32,000 nucleotides of DNA from Candidatus Brocadia sp. (lineage in GTDB: Bacteria; Planctomycetota; Brocadiia; Brocadiales; Brocadiaceae): positions 3,390,001 to 3,422,000 of the forward strand of contig CP091279.1 of NCBI GenBank assembly GCA_021650915.1. The letters run 5' to 3'. Every line of letters starts with the position of its first letter. The stretch's first letter is position 1. Below the pieces are notes generated by a model. The model did not search any database, was not told the origin of the DNA, and worked only from the letters and a program-made list of their open reading frames with translations. Both the position numbers and the translations under genes were made by a program. Positions 24,751-32,000 of this stretch are shown piece by piece.

Positions 24751-26202
24751 TTATCCCTTAATGACGCACAACGGCTTGAGCTGAACGACTTTTTTGCTGA
24801 TACCGGCGCGGTCTACCACATCCACAACCTCTGTTACGTCTTTATATGCCTCCGGCATCTCCTCAACGAGTGTGGCCCTGCTGTCTGCACGGACAAGGAT
24901 TCCCCTTTCCCTGAGTTCCACGGCGATATTTCTTCCTTTGGCCGATCGTGTCGCCTGGTTTCTGCTCATGACGCGCCCTGCGCCATGGCAGGTGCTGCCA
25001 AAGGTGTGAGTATAGGCCTTCTCTGTGCCTACGAGCACATAAGAACAGCGACCCATGTCGCCTGGTATTAATACCGGTTGTCCCACGGATTTATAGACAT
25101 CCGGCGTATTCGGGTGATGGGGGGGGAATGCACGGGTTGCCCCTTTGCGATGAACGCACAGGCGCCTTTTCTTACCCTCCACGATATGTTCCTCAAATTT
25201 GGCGATGTTATGACCCACGTCATAGATCGTGGCTATTTTGGACTCCTTCTGGCTTATGTTCAGCGCCCTTTCAAAGGATTCCCGGACCCAGTGGGTGATC
25301 ATCTGGCGATTGGCAAATGCATAATTGGCAGCGCAGGCCATGGCGGCAAGATATTCACGCCCTTCCGGAGAGTTAATCGGGGCGCAGCAAAGTTGCCGGT
25401 CAGGGAGTTCTATGTTATATTTTCGTGACGCATTAATCATGAGCCGGAGGAAGTCGTCGCACACCTGATAACCCAATCCCCTGGAACCCGTATGCACCAC
25501 GATCGTAATTCCGCCCTCTTCGAGTCCCAGCACCCGGGCAACGCTCTCATCATACACCTCCGAGACATAGCCAACCTCAACAAAATGATTTCCGGAGCCC
25601 AGGGTGCCTAATTGTGCCAGGCCACGTTCAATAGCCCGATCTGAAATCAGCTCCGGGTCTGCTCCGGCAATGCAACCCTGTTCTTCGATGTGCTCCAGGT
25701 CTTCTTTTGTTCCATACCCCTGTGAGACTGCCCATCGCGCCCCGTTTTTGAGCACGCTTTTTTCATCCTGCTGCGAAAGCTTTAAATCCTTGCGATGCGA
25801 CCCGACCCCCGATGGGATATTGCTAAAGAGGGTGTTAACCAGGGATTCCAGGGCGCTGGCAATTTCTTTCTGGTAAAGTCCCGTCCTCAGCAATCGCACC
25901 CCGCAGTTGATGTCGTACCCCACGCCACCCGGCGACACTACGCCCTCATCAACGTCAAATGCAGCTACGCCGCCAATAGGAAAGCCGTATCCCCAATGAA
26001 TATCAGGCATTCCCAGCGAGTGCCCGATGATCCCCGGCAGATGCGCGACATTAATCACCTGCTGCAGACTTTCGTCTTTTTGGATTTCTTTCATCATCTG
26101 TTCGTTAGCATACACGATTCCATCCACGCGCATCTTGCCTTCTCTTGGGATACGCCAGCGATAATCATCGATCTTCTGAATTTTATATTTGTCATCTGCC
26201 AT
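24751..26202 (-). CDS. rtcB: RNA 3'-phosphate ligase RtcB
   Basis: 483 aa. HLPGIIGHSLGMPDIHWGYGFPIGGVAAF, GSGNHF, and the C-terminal catalytic His region HGAGR. Confidence 0.95.
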   Translation of the reverse strand: MADDKYKIQKIDDYRWRIPREGKMRVDGIVYANEQMMKEIQKDESLQQVINVAHLPGIIGHSLGMPDIHWGYGFPIGGVAAFDVDEGVVSPGGVGYDINCGVRLLRTGLYQKEIASALESLVNTLFSNIPSGVGSHRKDLKLSQQDEKSVLKNGARWAVSQGYGTKEDLEHIEEQGCIAGADPELISDRAIERGLAQLGTLGSGNHFVEVGYVSEVYDESVARVLGLEEGGITIVVHTGSRGLGYQVCDDFLRLMINASRKYNIELPDRQLCCAPINSPEGREYLAAMACAANYAFANRQMITHWVRESFERALNISQKESKIATIYDVGHNIAKFEEHIVEGKKRRLCVHRKGATRAFPPHHPNTPDVYKSVGQPVLIPGDMGRCSYVLVGTEKAYTHTFGSTCHGAGRVMSRNQATRSAKGRNIAVELRERGILVRADSRATLVEEMPEAYKDVTEVVDVVDRAGISKKVVQLKPLCVIKG

Positions 26203-26310
26203 ACAACAAAACTCCTTTTCCCTGCAAACAGGTGTTCGATCGTTATCGGTTGGCTTTGGCTCAACAGATAAACGGTGATAGGGGCGAACGTCCGTTCGCC
26301 CCTACAAGTC

Positions 26311-26410
26311 GTAACAATTTAGTTTTTTGAAAAATCCCGAAGGGATGACATGATTATAGAAAAAGCGCGCTGAATAGATACGAGAATTTTTCAAAAAGCT
26401 ACATTGTTAC
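26311..26410 (+). mobile_element. 100-bp MITE carrying the REP hairpin
   Basis: Terminal inverted repeats gtaacaatttagttttttgaaaaat (26311-) and the reverse complement of gaatttttcaaaaagctacattgttac (-26410). They enclose the exact 26-mer REP at 26334-26359. It lies between archease and rtcB. It is preceded by the hairpin aggggcgaacg-tcc-gttcgcccct at 26279-26305. Confidence 0.75.
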
Positions 26411-26826
26411 TACAAATCAAATATGACCCGCGCCTTCCAACGATCGCCTTCCTGGACAATGGATAAGCAATGGTAAGTAACCGCCTTGATCTCCGTTTTT
26501 ATCACGTGTTTATCATCGCGAATCACATCGCCCCGTACGGTTGCATTGAGCTGGTGGTCCGTCATGTCCACAATGCAAAAATCCCTGAAGAGGAGATTTT
26601 TTACGTCATGGAGGTATAATAACTCATGTAACCAGTTCACCAGCAATTGTTCTTTGTCTATCCCGGAAATGCTTACGGTACAGGTGATCTTGCCTTCCAC
26701 GTTTGACAGATCGGTAATGATATCAAATAAGGCAAATGCTGCATTGGTAAATAATTCCTGCAATGAGTTGCCAAAGACGTCAATTCCGATATCGGCAGTG
26801 TGGTCTATGAGGATATAGTTCTTCAT
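26410..26826 (-). CDS. Archease (RtcB activator)
   Basis: 138 aa. MKNYILIDHTADIGIDVFGNSLQELFTNAA is the archease N-terminal signature. It lies directly upstream of rtcB on the same strand. Confidence 0.88.
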   Translation of the reverse strand: MKNYILIDHTADIGIDVFGNSLQELFTNAAFALFDIITDLSNVEGKITCTVSISGIDKEQLLVNWLHELLYLHDVKNLLFRDFCIVDMTDHQLNATVRGDVIRDDKHVIKTEIKAVTYHCLSIVQEGDRWKARVIFDL

Positions 26827-26906
26827 GCATACATGAGACAGATTTGAGCAGCAAATTCCTTACTTCTCTATAAAGACGGCCAGGAGGGGCCAATGCGTTT
26901 CATCGC

Positions 26907-27023
26907 TGGTTCAATCGTCCTCGATTGAACCGGAACAATTAGCGTAATTCCATCTCACCGGGCTAGTTTAAGACTTAAAGCACCGTTCAAAGATATGGTT
27001 CAGTCTGCAAGATTGAACCAGCC
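26907..27023 (+). repeat. 118-nt double-hairpin element, copy B
   Basis: ggttcaatcg-tcct-cgattgaacc ... ggttcagtct-gca-agattgaacc. It is collinear with copy A at 9940-10057. The hairpins are conserved and the middle has diverged. Confidence 0.75.
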
Positions 27024-27106
27024 CTGAGCAGTGAGGACCAACTCGTTTTTCCATGCCATCCCGAGTGCTGCATAACTAAAATGCAATCCTGTACGGCCGG
27101 ATTACC

Positions 27107-27568
27107 TCACGGCATGATAAAGTCATGCTCAGGATGTCTGATAGTAAGCACGGGACAGGGGGCCTTACGGACTACCTTTTCCGCCACACTGCCCATGATT
27201 GCATGCGATATGCCGGTCCTGCCGTGCGTGCCAATCACGATCATATCGGCCTTGTATTCCTTTGCGGCCCTGATGATCTCGGCAAACGGAACCCCCTGGA
27301 TAATACGGGCTTCAACCGCTATCTTGCCTCTCGTATCGTCCGTTACGCATCTGAGCAGCCTCTCCCGCAGTTTTGCAATGGTCTCTTCGTCCACAATGTT
27401 GACGTCGTACAGGTCCGGATTATTAATGTCGTAAACACGGATATCCAGGACGTGAATCAGACAGAGCTTTGCCTGGTATTTTTCCGCAAATTCGATCGCA
27501 TATTTCAGCGCCATCTCTGAATAAACCGAGTAGTCAATCGGGCAGAGTATATTTTTGATACAGATCAT
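27107..27568 (-). CDS. Universal stress protein (UspA family)
   Basis: ILCPIDYS...LCLIHVLD...GTHGRTGISHAIMGSVAEKVVRKAPCPVLTIR. A GGGAGGAG RBS is present. Confidence 0.9.
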   Translation of the reverse strand: MICIKNILCPIDYSVYSEMALKYAIEFAEKYQAKLCLIHVLDIRVYDINNPDLYDVNIVDEETIAKLRERLLRCVTDDTRGKIAVEARIIQGVPFAEIIRAAKEYKADMIVIGTHGRTGISHAIMGSVAEKVVRKAPCPVLTIRHPEHDFIMP

Positions 27569-27585
27569 GTGTCTCTCCTCCCTTT

Positions 27586-28291
27586 ATAGTATTACCGTAT
27601 AAAATCTTTTTTATTTGTACTGATTTAGTTTGTTTGGTAACAATGCAGTTTTTTGAAAATTTCTCGTATCTATTTAGCGCACTTTTGCTCGCCATCACCA
27701 CGAGTGGACAAGATAGTGATGCTGTAATCCCGAAGGGAGTCATGATTATAGCAGAACGCGGCACAGCCGCAACCAATTCTCCGTTGTAAAAGCGGGAGAT
27801 TGCTTCGGACAAGACCCTCGCAATGACAACGTACCGTATGTCATCAAAGACATAGCCCGTGTCATTGCGAGGGGTCTTGTCCGAAGCAATCCTTCTCTTA
27901 TAAACAAACGGCACCTTCTGATAAGGGGTAAATAGGGTTGCGAAAAAACTTGCAAAAAAGTAACACTTTAGTTTTTTGAAAAGATAGGGGCGAAGCATTT
28001 GCCTGCTTGGGGTGTGAATACCTTTATGCCAATGTATGGCAAGTGCTTCTCCCCTACACCGTGCGGCAACATCGTTATTATTGTAATTTTTCAAAAAACT
28101 AAAGTGTTACCAGAAAAAGAAGTTTTTACACAGTAATATTTTATAGTGTTATGCAATTATGGTCAACCCCGCAGGGGGGCATCGTATTGCGATTTTCCCG
28201 ATATTTTACCCTTGCGAGGCTGAATAGGGCGGCGCGGTTTTTCTCTAATCATGACATCCCTTCGGGATTTTTCAAAAAGCTAAAGTGTTAC
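27586..28291. repeat. Composite repeat field (nested MITE, REP and long-hairpin elements)
   Basis: - 20-nt motif tatagtattaccgtataaaa at 27586-27605.
- Half-MITE at 27637-27680, the reverse complement of 26360-26410.
- REP at 27727-27751.
- Long-hairpin element copy at 27755-27960.
- 151-bp MITE at 27960-28110 with TIR gtaacactttagttttttgaaaa, enclosing the hairpin aggggcgaagcatttgcc...ggcaagtgcttctcccct.
- Inverted REP plus TIR at 28245-28291. Confidence 0.8.
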
Positions 28292-28309
28292 CATTCCTTT
28301 AATTCAGCC

Positions 28310-29434
28310 TTACCCGTTTGCTTTCTGCTGGGTCTTTTTTGCCATCTTTGCCGCATAGAGCGAACTGCTTGCCTGTTCAATCAAATCGGTAATGGTTTTG
28401 GTCGTTCTGGCAAGAGAACTTGACCCTGTCGTTATCCGGAAATGAACGCTTATATTTTTCTCATCGTCCGTAACGAAGCATTTTTCTACGGCGCTTACCA
28501 GGAGATCGGTAACCCGCTTCAATTCTTCGTCATCAATTTCCGGCAGGATAATGAAGAACTCGTCATCTCCAAACCGGGAAACCACGTCGGACGATCGAAT
28601 CTGTTTTTGGAGGCATTTTGAAATTTCTGTAAGAATGCGATTTCCCATAAAATATCCGTACCGGCTATTAATAGCCTCAAGCTGGTCGATATCCATCAGA
28701 AGGCATGATAACGCCTTGTTTTGATCTAACGCCCGGTTAAATTCGTTTTGCAGGATTACGAGGGAATATCGCCTGTTGTAAGCATTCGTCAGACTATCGC
28801 GCACCGCATGGTGATTGACTATATCGTTTAACTGATGCACCCGGGCATTGAGGGTTTCTAAATCCTTATCGGCTATTTTCTTTTCATCCGTATTCTGCAG
28901 AATGCCGTTGTAGTGGGTTACGTTACCCCATTCATTCCTGATAGGATTGAGATAATCGGAAACCCAGGTATACGACCCGTCTCCTTTTAACAGCCGGTAT
29001 TCTATCCTCCCGTCGCCTCCGCTCTGGAGTTTCCGGATGAGTTCCAACACCTTTTCCCGATCGTCCGGATGGATGAGCTGAAGCAGGGAGTTTCTCGTCT
29101 TGTACAGATCCTCTGGTTTATGCCCTGCCAGCTTTTCAATCCCGTCGCTGATATATTTTAGCGACCCGTCAAACAGGGAAATGTATACGGTCTCCGGGAC
29201 GGTATTCATGACCCGGTAAAAGAGCCCCTCCAAAAAAGCATTCGGCTCCTTCTTGCCTGATTCACGATGACCCTCGTTATAAACGAGGAATTGCAGGGTA
29301 CAGCAAAAAGCCAGCGCTATAAGGCCAAAGATGATCCCGTTCAGTTTAAAGATGCGCACCATGGCGCAATTCAGAGCAATCAACGTGCCGATAGCGCAGT
29401 ACGGGTATCTAACGATTACGTTCTTCAAGGTCAT
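28310..29434 (-). CDS. Membrane-anchored PAS-GGDEF protein (diguanylate cyclase family, variant GDDEF motif)
   Basis: Two N-terminal hydrophobic helices and a PAS domain (LIHPDDREKV...YRLLKGDGSYTWV). The GGDEF domain has RSSD (I-site RxxD) five residues before FGDDEF. AGGAG RBS. Confidence 0.85.
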   Translation of the reverse strand: MTLKNVIVRYPYCAIGTLIALNCAMVRIFKLNGIIFGLIALAFCCTLQFLVYNEGHRESGKKEPNAFLEGLFYRVMNTVPETVYISLFDGSLKYISDGIEKLAGHKPEDLYKTRNSLLQLIHPDDREKVLELIRKLQSGGDGRIEYRLLKGDGSYTWVSDYLNPIRNEWGNVTHYNGILQNTDEKKIADKDLETLNARVHQLNDIVNHHAVRDSLTNAYNRRYSLVILQNEFNRALDQNKALSCLLMDIDQLEAINSRYGYFMGNRILTEISKCLQKQIRSSDVVSRFGDDEFFIILPEIDDEELKRVTDLLVSAVEKCFVTDDEKNISVHFRITTGSSSLARTTKTITDLIEQASSSLYAAKMAKKTQQKANG

Positions 29435-29483
29435 TTTTTTCTCCTGGGTCCGGTGGAATTCAAGCGATCTCTAAAAAATTGAT

Positions 29484-31355
29484 TCAGGAAGTCTTCATCA
29501 CAGCCTCTTTTTTTCCATTGGACCGGTGAAGTTCCTCCAGGAGTTTTTTCAGATCTTCACCCTCGATAACCTCCTCCTCCATAAGGGTCTTTGCCATACC
29601 TTGCAAGATTTCCTTCTTTTCCTGCAACAATGCTTTTACCCGATGAAACGACTCGTCCATAATCCGCTTAATCTCCAGATCGATTTCCCGCGCCGTTTCC
29701 TCGCTGTATTCCTTGCTCGCTGCAAACCCGCCGCCCAGAAAGAGCGGCCGGTTGCCCTGCTCGAAGGTCACCAGGCCCATCTTTTCGCTCATGCCATATT
29801 CCTTGACCATCATTTTGGCAATTTCCGTTGCCTTTTCCAGATCATTCTGGGCGCCGGTTGATATTTCGTTAAATACAATATCCTCTGCAATCCGCCCTCC
29901 CAGCAATATTGCTATCCGGTCAAGAAGCTCCGCGCGGGTCATGAGATACCGGTCTTCCGTAGGTTTTTGCAGGGTGTATCCCAGCGCCCCGATACCACGG
30001 GGTATCATGGATATCTTGCGGACGGGGTCGGCATGCGGCACAGAGCATGCAACCAGGGCATGGCCTGATTCATGGTGGGCAACGATCTCCTTCTCCTTCT
30101 TGTTCATCAGGCGCTTCTTTTTTTCGAGACCGGCCATAATGCGGTCAATCGCCTCTTCAAACTCCGGCATGCTCACGGCCGTCTTGTTTCTTCGCGCCGC
30201 AAGCAGGGCTGCCTCGTTAACGAGATTTGCCAGGTCTGCGCCGACAAATCCCGGCGTCATCGCCGCAACCGAATGCAGATCAATCTCTTTTTCCAACTTC
30301 ACGTCTTTTACGTGCACCTTCAGAATTGCCTCACGACCATGAAGATCGGGACGATCCACAACCACCTGCCGATCAAACCGTCCGGGCCTTAAAAGGGCGG
30401 AGTCCAGCATCTCCGGTCGGTTGGTGGCGCCCATAATAATTACCCCCTTATTGGAGTCAAAGCCGTCCATCTCCACCAGCAACTGGTTTAACGTCTGCTC
30501 GCGTTCATCGTGCCCGCCCATGGGATTTGCGCCGCGCGCCTTGCCAAGGGCATCCAGTTCATCGATAAAGATGATGCAGGGCGCCTTCTGGTCTGCCTGG
30601 TTAAACAAATCCCTCACCCGCGCAGCGCCCACGCCGACAAACATTTCGACGAATTCCGACCCGCTCATATTGAAAAACGGCACCCCGGCCTCGCCCGCCA
30701 CGGCCTTTGCCAGAAGCGTCTTTCCCGTTCCGGGAGCGCCCACGAGCAGAACGCCCTTGGGTATTTTGCCGCCCAGGGCGCGGAATTTTTCCGGCGTCTT
30801 CAGAAATTCAATAATCTCCTGCAGTTCTTCCTTGGCCTCATCGATGCCCGCCACGTCGTCAAAGGTTACATTCAGGTCTTCCTGGGCATAGAGGCGGCCT
30901 TTGCTCTTGCCAAACGTCATAATGCTGCTGGCGGGGCCAAATCGTTTAAATACAAAGCGCCAGATAAGAAACAGGATCAGCAGCGGCATGACCCAGGAGA
31001 AAAAGAACGTCCTTAGCCACGGGCTCTCATAGTGTCCTGCATATCTTACCCCCATGGATTCCAGGTCTTTCACCAGGTCAGGGTCCTCAACGCGCGCGGT
31101 GACAAAGATGGCATTTTTTGTGGTGCCGCGTTCCATCTCGCGCAGTTTGCCGCGAATTACCATATGGGAAATATGGCATTCGACGACGTTTCCATCTTTC
31201 ACCTGTTTTTTAAACTCACTGTACGTGATATCCCGTACTCCGGGGTTCATTAAATACATCTGGAGCAGGATAAAGAAACCAAAGGCGATAACAATATGCC
31301 AGACAGAAAACTTCTTTGGCATCTTAATCTGTATCTTTTTAAAATCTTTGAACAT
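29484..31355 (-). CDS. ftsH: ATP-dependent zinc metalloprotease FtsH
   Basis: Walker A GAPGTGKT, an AAA second region of homology, and Zn motif HESGHAL. The ATG at 31355 (MFKDFKK) has AAGGAG 5 nt upstream. The track ORF begins 11 codons earlier. Confidence 0.95.
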   Translation of the reverse strand: MFKDFKKIQIKMPKKFSVWHIVIAFGFFILLQMYLMNPGVRDITYSEFKKQVKDGNVVECHISHMVIRGKLREMERGTTKNAIFVTARVEDPDLVKDLESMGVRYAGHYESPWLRTFFFSWVMPLLILFLIWRFVFKRFGPASSIMTFGKSKGRLYAQEDLNVTFDDVAGIDEAKEELQEIIEFLKTPEKFRALGGKIPKGVLLVGAPGTGKTLLAKAVAGEAGVPFFNMSGSEFVEMFVGVGAARVRDLFNQADQKAPCIIFIDELDALGKARGANPMGGHDEREQTLNQLLVEMDGFDSNKGVIIMGATNRPEMLDSALLRPGRFDRQVVVDRPDLHGREAILKVHVKDVKLEKEIDLHSVAAMTPGFVGADLANLVNEAALLAARRNKTAVSMPEFEEAIDRIMAGLEKKKRLMNKKEKEIVAHHESGHALVACSVPHADPVRKISMIPRGIGALGYTLQKPTEDRYLMTRAELLDRIAILLGGRIAEDIVFNEISTGAQNDLEKATEIAKMMVKEYGMSEKMGLVTFEQGNRPLFLGGGFAASKEYSEETAREIDLEIKRIMDESFHRVKALLQEKKEILQGMAKTLMEEEVIEGEDLKKLLEELHRSNGKKEAVMKTS

Positions 31356-31402
31356 ATACACTCCTTGGAATGAAGCCACACCGTGCAAATAGTCAGTATC
31401 TT

Positions 31403-31849
31403 ATAGTATTACTGTATAAAAACTTCTTTTTTTGTAAGTTTTTTCACAAACCCCTTTCAGAAGGTGCCGTTTTTTATGAGTGAAAGATTGCTTCGCTTCA
31501 CTCGCAATGACAACGTGCCGTGTGCCGTCAAAGTGCATGGTCGCTGTCATTGCGAGGGCCTTTTCCGAAGCAATCTCCCCGTTTTCATAAAGGAAATTTG
31601 GTTGCGGCTGCGCCGCGCTATAATATTACCGTATAAAAGCTTTCTTTTTTTGCAAGTTTTCTCGCAACCCTATTTATCCCTTGTCAGAAGGTACTGTTTA
31701 TTTATAAGAGAAGGATTGCTTCGCTTCACTCGCAATGACAACATGCCGTGTGCCATCAAAGTGCATGGTCGCTGTCATTGCGAGGGGCCTTTTTCGAAGC
31801 AATCTCCCCGCTTTCATAAAGGAAATTTGGTTGCGGCTGTGCTGCGCTA
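31403..31849 (+). repeat. Tandem pair of the ~215-bp long-hairpin element
   Basis: Units at 31403-31618 and 31619-31849. Each opens with tata(g/a)tattac(t/c)gtataaaa. Each contains the palindrome gattgcttcg..ctcgcaatgaca...tgtcattgcgag..cgaagcaatc. The reverse complement of the copy at 27755-27960 matches them. Confidence 0.85.
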
Positions 31850-32000
31850 TGAGATAGTTATACCAGAATCTTTGTGTAATTCATAACCTATTTTAGCAGA
31901 AAGGGCTAAAACACTCAAAAAAACTTTGGCATGCCGGGAAATTTTTATCGATAACCACTTCTGCGCATCCCGTTAACAAAGAATTGTGGTAACAAGGTGG

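Noticed and set aside
27534-28094. 186-aa ORF on the minus strand
   Set aside because: It lies entirely within nested MITE, REP and long-hairpin repeats. Its peptide repeats strings seen in ORF 31464-31886 only because both translate the same palindrome. It has no RBS or domain-like sequence.
31464-31886. 140-aa ORF on the plus strand
   Set aside because: It is a translation of the tandem long-hairpin repeats, with internally duplicated LLRFTRNDN...HGRCHCEG strings. It is a repeat artefact.

Overview
Bacterial chromosomal window with about 27 supportable protein genes and unusually dense short palindromic repeats. Left to right:

- **1-4934:** a visibly AT-rich, rearranged type I restriction-modification locus. 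It holds hsdS (cut by the window edge), an IS200-like/RAYT HUH transposase inside a REP-hairpin cluster, two degraded extra copies of the hsdS 3' end, an FRG-domain gene, and hsdM. No hsdR is in the window.
- **4852-14040, minus strand:** a cobalamin-themed block. It holds a B12-binding radical SAM protein, a RACo/RamA-type corrinoid reductive activase, two Zn-type UROD-family (MtaA/CmuA-like) methyltransferases, and a DxHxxG corrinoid protein. An IS1634-family IS splits the operon. The long leader has a B12-box-like motif.
- **14252-20897:** housekeeping genes. These are hom plus an archaeal-type phosphoglycerate-mutase-like gene, pyrB-pyrI, panC, and an exported HAD-like phosphatase.
- **21086-23434:** a GH15 glycoside hydrolase fused to a C-terminal ferredoxin-like domain.
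- **23851-24550:** a small AT-rich cassette. It holds a Cys-rich zinc-finger miniprotein, an interrupted toxin-like ORF, and a DUF2283 gene.
- **24751-31355:** archease-rtcB, a universal stress protein, a PAS-GGDEF protein, and ftsH.

Intergenic DNA carries at least four repeat families. They are a 26-nt REP hairpin linked to the RAYT, MITEs with 25-bp terminal inverted repeats, a 118-nt double-hairpin element, and a ~215-bp long-hairpin element.

The best candidates for new biology are the FRG-hsdM coupling, the REP/RAYT remodelling of hsdS, the two-UROD corrinoid methyl-transfer module, and the GH15-ferredoxin fusion. All calls come from reading the ORF translations and the DNA by eye. No database search was run and the organism cannot be established from the window.
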